64,000 nt of DNA from Pyrodictiaceae archaeon. Its GTDB lineage: Archaea; Thermoproteota; Thermoprotei_A; Sulfolobales; Pyrodictiaceae. Location of the stretch: positions 228,880 to 292,879 of the forward strand of contig JALVSY010000007.1 in assembly GCA_027036135.1 (NCBI GenBank), in the 5' to 3' direction. The position numbers and the translations under genes are program-made. Each line of letters begins with the position of its first letter. Position 1 is the stretch's first letter. The notes below the pieces were generated by a model that searched no databases, was not told the DNA's origin, and saw only the letters and a program-made list of their open reading frames with translations. Below, piece by piece: positions 38,081-48,613 of this stretch.

Positions 38081-39606
38081 CTCCTGCGAAGCCTGGGCTC
38101 AACCACTGTCTCGAGGGCTAGGCCTAGGAACACGAATGCGACCGAGGTTATGCCTATTAGTAGGCCTGGCGGCAGGATCCACCACCAAATAGCATAGCTG
38201 CCACCACTTCTGACATAAGCCTCGGCATCACTCAGTATGGCACCCCATGTGGGTAAACCGCTTCTTATACCCAGTATGTCTAGGCCAGCTTCTGTCAGTA
38301 TTGCCGCTGGCACCGAGAACACCAGGTTGGCGAACACGTATGGCAATATCTGAGGCACTATGTGGCGGAACATTATCCTCCTATCACTGGCACCGATAGC
38401 ACGGGCAGCTTCTACGTATGGCTCTGACTTAATGCTCAAAACCATCGATCTAACAATAATCGTTAACCCTCCCCATGAGACCAAAACAAGGACACCGATA
38501 ATTATGAACAGTCTTGCCCATGGACTAATATTCCATTCCTGGACGATGACACCGACAAGCACCAGTATAGGCAGTAGCGGGATATTGCCAAGAACATCTA
38601 CTGTACGCTGAATGAGTTCATCAACCCAGCCGCCGTAGTACCCGCTTATAACACCCATTACCATACCTATTAGCGCCGCTGTTACCGCGCCAAAGAACCC
38701 TATTGCAAGTGCTGCAGGGAAGCCGAAGAGCAAGCCGAGCCACAGATCATGGCCAACATCATCGGTGCCCATGAGGCCGTACGCAGAGCCCTTTACAACC
38801 ATCTTGACTCTCCATATGCCGGATTTATGGCTAATTACTGCTTTCTGCATAGCAGCTGGATCAACACCGCTATAAACCAGTATTAGGTCTATCTTATATG
38901 TTCCCAGCAATGGTTCTATTTTAGAGCCCACCAGCTTACCGAACAGAAGCTTAACAGGCTCTGATTGCGCAACAGTGAGGCTAATATTAAATCTTGGCGC
39001 AAGATAAGCCGCCACTTGATTTGGATTAAGGCTTATAACACCCGCTGCCAGGAGATCCTTAAGTGTCATCGGTGTTGGTATATTAATGATAAGTTTTATG
39101 CCGTCAGGCCTCTCTACAACAATATATGGTATCACAATAGGCTGCGCACCACCCACAAGGGCTGCCTTGCCCCCGATAATTCCAGCTAGTATTCCTTGCG
39201 GAAAAGCAGGATGCCTAAGATTATATCGAAGCGTATAAACTTGATAGAATCCCACCACCGGGACTATACCATCAACCATTTTTCCATTGGTCACTCCTTG
39301 CATCATAGGTCCTAGAGTTTTCTCAACTTGCGGCGCTACCGGCTCTCCAAGGTCAGCTATCCAAGCTGGTGGTGCAACAGTTGGGTTAAATTGCCAATTC
39401 TTTGGGTTATTCCAGAGAGAGACGATATTAGGAGGCATAGTTATCAAAGCGTATATTGATATAGCAATAAGCACCACTATTAAGATAAGCCCTGTTTTAC
39501 CCATAAGGCTCCTCCAGACCTCGCTAAGAATTTCACGAGCTTCTTTGAACCTCTCGGATCTAGCTTTAGCCATTTTCTTTCTTACTTCCTCAGCTCTCGT
39601 ACTCAT
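38077..39606 (-). CDS. oligopeptide ABC transporter permease (OppC-like, with large extracellular insert)
   Basis: MGTD..G.D, EAA loop YVEAARAIGA, WWWILPPG. Confidence 0.93.
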   Translation of the reverse strand: MSTRAEEVRKKMAKARSERFKEAREILSEVWRSLMGKTGLILIVVLIAISIYALITMPPNIVSLWNNPKNWQFNPTVAPPAWIADLGEPVAPQVEKTLGPMMQGVTNGKMVDGIVPVVGFYQVYTLRYNLRHPAFPQGILAGIIGGKAALVGGAQPIVIPYIVVERPDGIKLIINIPTPMTLKDLLAAGVISLNPNQVAAYLAPRFNISLTVAQSEPVKLLFGKLVGSKIEPLLGTYKIDLILVYSGVDPAAMQKAVISHKSGIWRVKMVVKGSAYGLMGTDDVGHDLWLGLLFGFPAALAIGFFGAVTAALIGMVMGVISGYYGGWVDELIQRTVDVLGNIPLLPILVLVGVIVQEWNISPWARLFIIIGVLVLVSWGGLTIIVRSMVLSIKSEPYVEAARAIGASDRRIMFRHIVPQILPYVFANLVFSVPAAILTEAGLDILGIRSGLPTWGAILSDAEAYVRSGGSYAIWWWILPPGLLIGITSVAFVFLGLALETVVEPRLRRR

Positions 39607-39672
39607 GTTATATCACCTCGGGAGAGCTACTAGTAACCGAGAGTTTGAAAAAGCAAAGAAAACTGCACAGCA

Positions 39673-40752
39673 TTAGTATCTTACCCTCGGATCCACTAGT
39701 ATATATATAACTTCTAGCAGAAATCTTGCCAAGATATATACAAGTGTTGTTATGTAGACTAGGCCTAGTAGTGTTGGTGCATCACCACTCACTATAGCTG
39801 CATAATAGAGCGAACCCATACCCGGCCAATTAAATACCGATTCCGTTATTATAATCCCGCCAATGGACCCCGCTAGCGCCAGTATAACTATCGTCAGCAC
39901 AGGGCCAAGAATAACTCTTAGTATATAGCGTTTTACAACAAGATCTTCTGGGACACCCTTGGCCTTAGCCACATAAACATAGTCCTCGTTTACAACACGT
40001 ATAGCTATGGCACGTATACCGTAGAGCCAACCACCTAAAATACCTATAACAATTACAGTTACCGGAAGCCAAGAAACCTCTATAATACCCTTAATAGCTG
40101 CTAATGGATTACTAGTAAACTCGTTAATATACTTAATAATTATGTGATAATTTGTCGGAGCAATATGAAGCTCGTAACCAAAGACAAACAAAGCTATAAT
40201 AGCAAGCCACCAGAGGGGGAGTGCATTAGTAAATGCTGCGTAGGCGATAACCGCTTTATCAAGCAAGCTTCCGCGCTTATAAGCTATCAGAGGTGCAAGC
40301 TTTAGTGCTATAGCTGCACAGATAAGCTCCGCTACGGTAAGCATGACAAGTGTCCTAGGTAAAACAGTAAGAATAGCATCCTTTACCGTAAGAGGGAGTT
40401 GCTGACCAACAACATTAGCTACTGCTTGGCTCCTCACATATCCTAAGTCAAGCTTCAATGCACGCCAAGCCATTGGTAGTACACGCTCTTCCCAAGGCTT
40501 ATTAAGCCCATATAGCCGGATAAGCTCCTGCTTCCTCTGCTCAACAAGCTTCTGTATTTCAATAGCTGGTATATTTTGGCGTTGCAGCGACTGCCTATAG
40601 GCTTGCAGCTCTGATCCGATAATAGCACGCAGAACTTGTACATCATATCCCGAAGCTCCGATTATGACAGCCGTTAGTATCATTATTAGTACTAGCGCTA
40701 TGGTTAAAAACAGGGCACGCCTAGCAAGTATTGATGCCGTACGTCCCACCAT
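39673..40752 (-). CDS. oligopeptide ABC transporter permease (OppB-like)
   Basis: EDYVYVAKAKG, ITESVFNWPGMG and DPRVR motifs. Confidence 0.93.
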   Translation of the reverse strand: MVGRTASILARRALFLTIALVLIMILTAVIIGASGYDVQVLRAIIGSELQAYRQSLQRQNIPAIEIQKLVEQRKQELIRLYGLNKPWEERVLPMAWRALKLDLGYVRSQAVANVVGQQLPLTVKDAILTVLPRTLVMLTVAELICAAIALKLAPLIAYKRGSLLDKAVIAYAAFTNALPLWWLAIIALFVFGYELHIAPTNYHIIIKYINEFTSNPLAAIKGIIEVSWLPVTVIVIGILGGWLYGIRAIAIRVVNEDYVYVAKAKGVPEDLVVKRYILRVILGPVLTIVILALAGSIGGIIITESVFNWPGMGSLYYAAIVSGDAPTLLGLVYITTLVYILARFLLEVIYILVDPRVRY

Positions 40753-41080
40753 AACCTAATCCCTCGCATGCTAGTGATTTGGGCTTAGGGGAATGATTCT
40801 TCTCTCTCACAAAACTTCCTTCTCAATATAAATGCTCATGATGTTGCGGATGCTATCTTAAGGGATTAGTCCAAGTTGATAGACAGAGAGGGGGTACAAA
40901 AAGCCTGGCGGAAAAGCATTTAATAAGTAATCATATACGTGTACTAGTGAAGTAGTTAAGGATTTGATGTTTATATAAATTAAACAAAAAGAATAATTAT
41001 TTAAAAAATAGCATAGAAAAATACAATATATTTTCCCGCAAAAACATGAGGGGAATCTTTTATTGTGCTCTTTGCTAATA

Positions 41081-44000
41081 TTAAGCTTTGCGGAATAACA
41101 GCGCTATCACTACTAGTAGCAGTATTAGGTTAATCACGGACACCCATAGAGCAGCATTAGCCTTGCTCTCTGCCGCGCTCGCCTTGCTAGCTATACTGTT
41201 TACATTGTTCTTTGTTGCTAAGTTACTAAGGCTTGTCTGTATGGCGCTTATCTTCTTATCAAGGCTGCTTACTTTGGTATCTACCGTACTTACTTTGTTA
41301 CTTATTGTTGTTACTGCTGTACTTAAAGTCTTTATCTCACTGTTTATCGTGTTAAGCGCTGTCGACGTTGACTGTGCTAGCTGATTAATCGTTGTCGCTA
41401 GCTTAGTTAGTGATTGTGTTAGTGGCGCTAGTGCTTGTGCTACTTGTTGTCCTAGGCGCTTCTGTAATTGCTGCAACTGCGTACTTAGTTGTTTTACTTG
41501 ATTTCCTAGTTTTGATATCTGGGTAGCTTGTGAAGATAACTGTGCACCTAGGCTGTTCATTTGCTTTTGAATACTCTGTATTTGTTTCTTTACTCCAGTT
41601 ATTTCTTTTGTTACAGCAGCTGTTGTCTGTAGTACAACATCTTTTTCGGCTGGTAATGCTACTTGGTCGCTATAAGCTATAATCGCTAGGTCATAGGCAT
41701 AGCGCGGCTTTAGTTTGGCCGTCAAGTTTGCCGGTAACACGATTAAGAAGCCGGTTGGCGACCTCTCTGCTTGACCGACTGCTATTACTTTACCGGTAGC
41801 TGGGTCGCGTAAGACATACTCCACGTGAAGCGGCGGCATACCGGTTACCATGACACTTATTCTCGCTGTCTGCCCTGGCTCAACTATGGGCGTTATCACG
41901 CTTGTTATTGTTGTCGGTACTGGTAGGCCATATACCCATGTTGTTGGGCCGAATGGATATGTGGGATCGCGGAAGGCCTCAAGCTTCAGCATCTGTGCAC
42001 TTGGGCTAAACTCTATCATCTTAAATGGACCATCGCTTATCCAAGCAACTCCATATTTCTTTATATAGTTCTCTATCTTAGCTATCCTACTCTGCCATTC
42101 CTGCTTAGTCATTAAGGTTTCTCCGTTAGGTAGCACGAACCAGCTCTTATAATCATTAAAGTTTATCTCCTTGAGAGCTTTTGCTATTGCCTCTGCATGG
42201 CTCTTGAGCACTAAGTTAATATGCGGTATGTTCTCCTCTTGGCTCCGTATATCGCTTAGCGCGTATGTTTTTTTAACGAAGGCTAGGTAGTCCTCAGCTA
42301 GGATTATCGGTATTGGTACTTGCGGCGCTATTGCTGCTTGGCTAGCGATATAGTTGGGGTCAAAGAACCAGTAGTTTAGATATACTACTAGCTTTTTCTG
42401 CTTTGGCAGGAACTCGAATGCAACAAAGTTGTTGAAGGTCTGTTGTAGCTGTGAGGCTATACTGCTCTCTATGCTGCTCTTTGTCGGGTTGTAGGCTATG
42501 TCTAGTAACTCTGCATAATAACCTACAATATCGGCAAAGGTTATTGTCTCTCCATCATGCCAATGTGTACCTATCAACCGTGATAGATCGAATATGACCT
42601 TACTCGTAGCCTCCGTTCTATTAAGCTTATATGCTGGCACCCATCTATGATGGACAGCGTCCCACCAGACAGCATCCTTTGGTACTGGCAGCTTGCCGGT
42701 AGGTCCTGCTGTCTGGACGGTGTATGTGACTCTGAAGGGCATTGGCTCGCCATTAAATGGGTTATTCCACACCCAGGGATCGAATGTGGCATACATCGGC
42801 TCAACGCTGTAGACGTCGCTAAAGCCGCCTATGGGGTCCCAAATCGAGGCAGCCGTGTATACATGCAGGTTACCGATCTTGACTACCTTCTTGCCAGGAA
42901 TGTACACACCTCTGTAGAAGAACGGATTAGCAAGACCAGCTGCCAGGTCCAGCGTCACTCCTTTTACATCGCTCCTTGTAGCATAGGTATCCATCGTCGC
43001 TGCTACCCATATTCTCACGCTCTGCTCTATGCCTAGTTCTGTACCCTTACGTAAATAGTTAAGCCACTGTTGCTTATTATGCACATAGAGTACTTCGCCG
43101 GGCTTTATTAAGCCTTTCTGAAGCCAAATTAGATAGTCCACATAATTACTTTGCTTAATTTGCTTTGCATTGATCTGTGTCTGTGCTGTTAATAAACTGT
43201 AGAAGTCTATTGTGGCATTTATATAGTTCCAGTAACTTGACTCACTCCATCCAGGCATAAGACCAAACCAAGGTGCCGCAAACTGTGCTAGCTCCCAAGG
43301 ATCCCATTTCTGAAGACCGGTCTTACCCCAGCCTTCTGTGTAGAAGAACCAATCAAAGTCTATTGGATTCGTATAATAGACCTTAGGTATAGCTTCGCTA
43401 AACGTTACCTCTTCTCTTATTACTTGTATGCCTAGCTGTTGCAAGGCTGACGCAAACATGCGGCCAATATATAATCTTTCATCCTCGGTTCTTATGATAC
43501 CTATTACTTGTATGGGCTTGCCATTGTAGTACCATACGCCATTCTTGAGCTGGGCGCCAGCCTTCGTCAATACATTAGTTATAATTGTTTTTGCTAGGCC
43601 TGGATTATAACTAAACTCGTACTGCGCTACTACACTAATTAAATACGGGTATATTGGGTCATCAGGCCCATAGAACGTGTATCTAGTTATCGCTAGACCC
43701 TTATATATGTTTTTAACTATATAGCTTCTATCAACGACATAGTTTAGTGCGTACCGGATTTGGCGGAAGCAGAACGGGTTTATATCGTATTTACTGCTTT
43801 GCCAGAGGACTTTGACATTCGATGGTATAGCGTGGAGGGGTTTTGCGCATAGCTCAGCAATGGTTACACCAGTCTTGTTAAGAGGTACGCCAATAAACGG
43901 CATACTGTTCAACAGAGTTAAGTTAGCATTTTTGGGTATATATATGACCGTTGATACTATTACTGGGTTCACGCCCAGTATCTGTGCTGCTTCCTGCTTG

Positions 44001-44323
44001 CTGACTTTACCAGGTATCTGTACTATCATTACCGGTGCTGGATTCAAGAGTATGTCGACAAGGCCTGTTACTGCGTGATATAGCTTTATTCCAGGCTTTC
44101 CTACTAATTGTTGTACAGCTGCCGGGCTTAAACCGAAAAGGTAAACGTCTATGTCACCGCTTAGCAATGCTTGGGCAGCGTTTTGACGTGATACTGCTTT
44201 CCAGATCATATAGTCTGTTGCGGGGCCTCTCTTCGGCGTCTGCGCGTGTACTGGTAACGCGAAGGAGACTATGGGCGCTACTATGAGTGCGACTACTAGG
44301 AATGCGAATACATAATTTCTCAA
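41081..44323 (-). CDS. family 5 solute-binding protein (OppA-like) with C-terminal coiled coil and TM anchor
   Basis: Signal peptide, IRYALNYVVDR, WHDGETIT..D and GPF motifs; Gln/Leu heptad region near the C-terminus; terminal TM helix. Confidence 0.9.
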   Translation of the reverse strand: MRNYVFAFLVVALIVAPIVSFALPVHAQTPKRGPATDYMIWKAVSRQNAAQALLSGDIDVYLFGLSPAAVQQLVGKPGIKLYHAVTGLVDILLNPAPVMIVQIPGKVSKQEAAQILGVNPVIVSTVIYIPKNANLTLLNSMPFIGVPLNKTGVTIAELCAKPLHAIPSNVKVLWQSSKYDINPFCFRQIRYALNYVVDRSYIVKNIYKGLAITRYTFYGPDDPIYPYLISVVAQYEFSYNPGLAKTIITNVLTKAGAQLKNGVWYYNGKPIQVIGIIRTEDERLYIGRMFASALQQLGIQVIREEVTFSEAIPKVYYTNPIDFDWFFYTEGWGKTGLQKWDPWELAQFAAPWFGLMPGWSESSYWNYINATIDFYSLLTAQTQINAKQIKQSNYVDYLIWLQKGLIKPGEVLYVHNKQQWLNYLRKGTELGIEQSVRIWVAATMDTYATRSDVKGVTLDLAAGLANPFFYRGVYIPGKKVVKIGNLHVYTAASIWDPIGGFSDVYSVEPMYATFDPWVWNNPFNGEPMPFRVTYTVQTAGPTGKLPVPKDAVWWDAVHHRWVPAYKLNRTEATSKVIFDLSRLIGTHWHDGETITFADIVGYYAELLDIAYNPTKSSIESSIASQLQQTFNNFVAFEFLPKQKKLVVYLNYWFFDPNYIASQAAIAPQVPIPIILAEDYLAFVKKTYALSDIRSQEENIPHINLVLKSHAEAIAKALKEINFNDYKSWFVLPNGETLMTKQEWQSRIAKIENYIKKYGVAWISDGPFKMIEFSPSAQMLKLEAFRDPTYPFGPTTWVYGLPVPTTITSVITPIVEPGQTARISVMVTGMPPLHVEYVLRDPATGKVIAVGQAERSPTGFLIVLPANLTAKLKPRYAYDLAIIAYSDQVALPAEKDVVLQTTAAVTKEITGVKKQIQSIQKQMNSLGAQLSSQATQISKLGNQVKQLSTQLQQLQKRLGQQVAQALAPLTQSLTKLATTINQLAQSTSTALNTINSEIKTLSTAVTTISNKVSTVDTKVSSLDKKISAIQTSLSNLATKNNVNSIASKASAAESKANAALWVSVINLILLLVVIALLFRKA

Positions 44324-44533
44324 CGTGCTCCCCCTCTACGTGTGTTTTCTTACCTTACCTCAAGCAAAAAGTAGGATTCCCTTGCCTCTTTAAAAAGCTT
44401 TCCTTAGCGTTAGCACTGGCTCACATAATCTGCTTCTACACCTTTGTATCCTCAATAACTATTTTGTGTCCTTAAAGCTAAGCATACGTTATTTAACATA
44501 TTTTGGCGATTAATCCAAGCGCTCATGAACATT

Positions 44534-45367
44534 CTAATGTCGCGCCCGTAGCACAAGTACGATTAGTGCTTCGAGAAGAAGGCCACTCAGAATAAATATC
44601 AGTGATAGATTAATATACTCTTGCTCAGTGCCTACACCGGGACAAGAATACTTGTTAATCAGTACTTGCTTTACTTTAAATAGCGCTTCTGTTCTAGTAA
44701 ACTTTAGCTGTCCAGCATATATATTATATCGACATTTAATTATATAGACATTATGCCCAGGTGAATCAGTATTAATGCTTATTAATCTACAGCCTTTAGG
44801 AGCGATGTATTGCTCTAGCTTGACCCCTTCTACGCTTAGGATTGCTTTTCTCGAGGAAAGCCCGACATAAAGTATCGCTCTGAGACCCGGGTAGCTCCAT
44901 GTAAAAATTAATACAGAGCCGTGCTCACCTGCACTCTTCACCATTGTTGCCGGAATAGTCTCATTGGTAGCTAGTTTGATAAGAATATTGACTAGTATTC
45001 CTCGCCCTATATTTACTTCCTTGAGGTATTTGCTCTCCAGCGCACTCATAGGTACATCTAGCGAGTTCAGCATTGTACCGCATCTGGTTAAGCTACATGG
45101 AGAATATAATATTAAGAATCCCTTAGCTCCAAGCGAGCTATTAAACTCACTTAATAAGAGCGATAACCTGGTATAGGGTACTAAACAAGTCTTTAGACTT
45201 GTTGCCTTAAGCCTATAAAGGAGCGGATGCATAGAAGGCACTATAATTAGCAGAAGCCCGGTTATCAGAACAAGCAAGTAAATTGGTTTTAATGCTATTT
45301 TTCTTTTATAAAAATTTCTTCGACTCATTGCTCTCCCTCCTAGCGGCATTGGCCTTGCTGAAAGCAC
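44534..45367 (-). CDS. hypothetical membrane protein
   Basis: N- and C-terminal TM helices; AT-rich ORF. Confidence 0.55.
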   Translation of the reverse strand: MLSARPMPLGGRAMSRRNFYKRKIALKPIYLLVLITGLLLIIVPSMHPLLYRLKATSLKTCLVPYTRLSLLLSEFNSSLGAKGFLILYSPCSLTRCGTMLNSLDVPMSALESKYLKEVNIGRGILVNILIKLATNETIPATMVKSAGEHGSVLIFTWSYPGLRAILYVGLSSRKAILSVEGVKLEQYIAPKGCRLISINTDSPGHNVYIIKCRYNIYAGQLKFTRTEALFKVKQVLINKYSCPGVGTEQEYINLSLIFILSGLLLEALIVLVLRARH

Positions 45368-45516
45368 TACTCAGCATATAGCTATAGCTTAAGCATATCA
45401 AATTTAAACTAATAGAAAGCCACATGGCTTGCAACAGCTTTGCTTCTAACTTATACGAGCATAAAGAGTTTAAGGAAGGGAACCAGGTGAATCAAATATT
45501 CCCGAGTGAATAGCTA

Positions 45517-46041
45517 ATGCGCCATAGTAGCTCGCTTAGTAGCTACTTTATAAAAATTGGATTACTATTATTACTTGGCGCACTATTCTCGTCATTTGCT
45601 GCACTCTATACAATTACTAGCACCAAGCATTCAGTTACGAAAATAGCTACAAAAAAACCTTATTATTCGATAATAGTACTTAACTTGCTCAATACCACTA
45701 AAAAGAAGCAATTCGACAATGTAGCTAATATAGATGTAACAGTAGTAAATAAAGGATCCTCGAGACTACTGATCCTTACAGCACCATACACTAATCTTTC
45801 AATTACATTACAACCTGGCAAAAACATTACACTCACAGGACTCTCGCCTCTGGATGATCTCGTTATACAAGCCTTAAACAGCTCTGCCATAAATGTGTCT
45901 CTAGAGGCAACAGCTCATCTCGAGTATAGACCTTATCTAGTACTAGGACTACTAGGGTTGGTTCTCTTCCTCGCTGGCTCTATATTGCTCTCAGTAGGCA
46001 TAATAATAAGGTTTAGTGGAGTCGAAGAAGCCTTCACCTAG
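45517..46041 (+). CDS. hypothetical membrane protein
   Basis: Two TM helices flanking a beta-rich domain. Confidence 0.6.
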   Translation: MRHSSSLSSYFIKIGLLLLLGALFSSFAALYTITSTKHSVTKIATKKPYYSIIVLNLLNTTKKKQFDNVANIDVTVVNKGSSRLLILTAPYTNLSITLQPGKNITLTGLSPLDDLVIQALNSSAINVSLEATAHLEYRPYLVLGLLGLVLFLAGSILLSVGIIIRFSGVEEAFT

Positions 46042-46121
46042 GAGATGATACTATATATTCAAATATGATTTTGTTAAAAAGCGATCGGCTCCGGCCATGC
46101 TGTATAGCACCATGTAGATGG

Positions 46122-46547
46122 TTAGAAGCGTGGTCGTCTACGATACGGGTTTCTCCCCATTCCTCTGCGAGGAGGACGATACCCCTCAGGCGCCTTGGGG
46201 GTTTCCTCGGGGACCTCGTCGGGCTGGGGAACCTCTTGGTCCTCTACGTGCTCTATATTGCTCTTGCCGCCTACGTTGAGGACTACTTGGCCCCGATACG
46301 CGGTTGTCCATGCACCATGTATCTCTACTGCCTCTCCCTGCTTGAGGCTGCCAGCTGCATGGCCCCAGAGGGTTAGGCGGGTGCGGCCAGTCTCATCCCC
46401 GACTATTGCCTCGCTTATCGTGCGAGGACCTTTACGTGTATTTATTACGCGTGGCTCCTGGGCCTCAATTACCCGGACTTTTACGCTCACGTTGTCCATT
46501 CCGGGTTGGAGCTCGGAGATTTTTGTTTCTTTTACGTCTTTTTCCAT
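46122..46547 (-). CDS. ssb: crenarchaeal single-stranded DNA-binding protein (single OB fold plus flexible tail)
   Basis: KISEL.PGM.NV, VGDETG...LTLWG and AWTT.Y.G motifs; Pro/Glu/Arg-rich tail. Confidence 0.93.
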   Translation of the reverse strand: MEKDVKETKISELQPGMDNVSVKVRVIEAQEPRVINTRKGPRTISEAIVGDETGRTRLTLWGHAAGSLKQGEAVEIHGAWTTAYRGQVVLNVGGKSNIEHVEDQEVPQPDEVPEETPKAPEGYRPPRRGMGRNPYRRRPRF

Positions 46548-46675
46548 TCGGACATTACACCATTCTACGCGATTCGGCTAAACATGTAAAGCTGGGCCTC
46601 TGCTCCCCTTATATCTCTTTGGGTACACATAGCGCAACTACGCTATAGACCCCGTCAGTGATAATGCACTAAGAA

Positions 46676-46865
46676 GGGGCTGTGAAGAGGCTGGCCTGTA
46701 CTCGAAGGGGGGGTTCCCCGGATGTAGAAGCCTGGGGGTTAGGGCTGAGCCGTTTACCTGGGAGCGGTACCTTAACGACCACTCCCAGGCTCATCATGGC
46801 ACGGCTCGGGGCAGGCTACGGCGGTTCAATCGCCCTCGCGTACCCCGAGCCCACCAGTTTGTTTT
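46676..46865 (+). ncRNA. candidate structured ncRNA (or element left end) upstream of the TnpB-like gene
   Basis: Several perfect stems: 46757-64/46782-89, 46803-11/46843-51, 46747-53/46801-07, GGCG-GTTCAAT-CGCC; followed by a T-rich tract at 46858-46865. Confidence 0.55.
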
Positions 46866-46874
46866 ACCGCCAGT

Positions 46875-46884
46875 AAAACTTATA
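46875..46884 (+). promoter_or_regulatory. putative BRE-TATA promoter for the TnpB-like ORF
   Basis: AAAACTTATA about 40 nt upstream of ATG 46923. Confidence 0.5.
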
Positions 46885-46922
46885 GAGTTTCACTTGGGTA
46901 TATCCCCATATGGATTCTCACT

Positions 46923-48017
46923 ATGAGCTACATCACTATTATCGCTGGTTTCAGCGCTTCCGGTGAGAATGCTAAGCTACTGCTCTCTACAGCTTGGCTA
47001 TTCAAGATTGCAACTCATAGAGTACTTGGCTATGCCAAGTCGATGCCCGTCTTACCAGCCTCTAAGATTGCTTGGAAGAACACGTTCAGAAGAGTAGCAT
47101 ACGATGTTATCCCCAATCGCAGATATGCTGACTCAGTAGTAGTCCTAGTCATGGCTATCTACGAATCGTGTAGACGGTTAGGCATAGACTTCAAAGAAGT
47201 AGAGCTAGGAAACTGGCCCATGTTCCAGCAGAGTGAGAAAGAATATCCACCAAGAAACATCACTGTAAAGAGTATTGATGAGGCGTGGATAACAGTACTC
47301 AGCTACACTGGTGAAAGCAAGAGGATAAAGCTAAGAGTAGACACGTCAAAGGCTTATAGGAGATTGCTGGAGGCAATACTGGAGGAGAAACAAGCATACA
47401 ACCCAAGAATATACATCAAATCATGGAATATTAGGAATGGAGTACTCTACGTTAAAGGAGAACTACAAATAGCAATACCACTAGAATTCTACTACAAACA
47501 CATGACACGGTTTAAGAAAAACCTTGGCAAGCTCTATGGCGGTGTAGACGTTAACACAGATAGACTCAACCTAGCAATAGTTGATGAAAAAGGAAAGTTA
47601 AGGGACACCAAGACCTTCTGGTTCGAGGAGGCATCCAGAAAAAGGATATTCCAGGCATAGAGCTAGAAGCATTATAAGTATGTAAAATACATGAGATGCT
47701 GAAGTATGCATATCATCATGGAGTAAAGGCATTGTTTCTAGAAAACTCTGAGACTACAGGAAGGCTTAGACTTCTATGGATAAGGAGAGGCAAGAGACTT
47801 CATAGTAACTATAACTGGAAAGTATCGACATTCAGAAGCTCAATAATAGAGATGATAGCGATAAAAAGCCCCGCTGTACTCGATGAAGGTAAGTTATGTA
47901 AACCCTAAGGGGACAACGCACTCAAAGGAACATGACGAATTAATGAAAATGTATAAGCTAGATAGGCATACAACATCAGCCTATCTCATAGCCCTAAAAG
48001 GACTTAAACTATCCTAA
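46923..48017 (+). pseudogene. tnpB: IS200/IS605 TnpB-related RuvC protein, three +1 frameshifts
   Basis: RuvC-I GVDVN, RuvC-II LFLEN, VNPKGT, RuvC-III LDRH..SAYLIA; extra bases near 47641, 47683 and 47865; AT-rich; no tnpA nearby. Confidence 0.85.
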
Positions 48018-48041
48018 AAGGCTCTGCCATAGTTACTGCTT

Positions 48042-48452
48042 TTATCTTTCCTCAACTATTTTCTTAACGGTGATCATGTAGGGGGCTAGCTCGCCGAGTC
48101 TCCACTCCATACGCTCTCCTGTCGCGGCAGAGAAAGAGACAACCACTGTATCATCATCACCGAACTCTGCCAATACTTGACGGCAAGCACCACAAGGTGG
48201 CAGGGGCTCAGGCGTGGATGAGACAATTACTACCTTGCGTATTTTGCGGCGTCCTGCGGTAATCATTGCTGCTACTGCTGCGCGCTCTGCACATATGGTT
48301 AGCCCGAGGCTAGCGTTCTCAACGTTTACGCCCAGGTGGACTGAGCCGTCCTCGGCCTCTATTGCTGCTGCTACACGTATACCACTATAAGGAGCATAGG
48401 CGTTGCCGAGAATGCTTAGAGCCTTTTCTTTTAACTCCTCAACGCTGGGCAC
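48042..48452 (-). CDS. cdd: cytidine deaminase
   Basis: AYAPYS, NVENAS, CAER and PCGACRQ motifs. Confidence 0.96.
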   Translation of the reverse strand: MPSVEELKEKALSILGNAYAPYSGIRVAAAIEAEDGSVHLGVNVENASLGLTICAERAAVAAMITAGRRKIRKVVIVSSTPEPLPPCGACRQVLAEFGDDDTVVVSFSAATGERMEWRLGELAPYMITVKKIVEER

Positions 48453-48613
48453 GGGTCAGCACCAGGCCAGGAGTTTCAACGCTCCCCGGGTCTGTTTCTC
48501 GGACTCGCGTAGGGTATAGGGTTTTTGAGTACCTGGCCTTCCCGCCACTGGCCGGGACCAGAGGTCTGGAACGAGAAACAAGAATAGACCATGTACCGTG
48601 GTGGCGCACTGGC

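Noticed and set aside
46676-46865. SRP RNA or RNase P RNA as the identity of this structured segment
   Set aside because: It lacks the SRP helix-8 motif (CAGG..GGAA..AGCAG) and the RNase P GAGGAA...ACAGAA consensus blocks, and it is too short.
46682-46876. 64-aa ORF upstream of the TnpB-like gene
   Set aside because: It coincides with the base-paired GC-rich segment and has no protein-like motifs; better explained as structured RNA or an element end.
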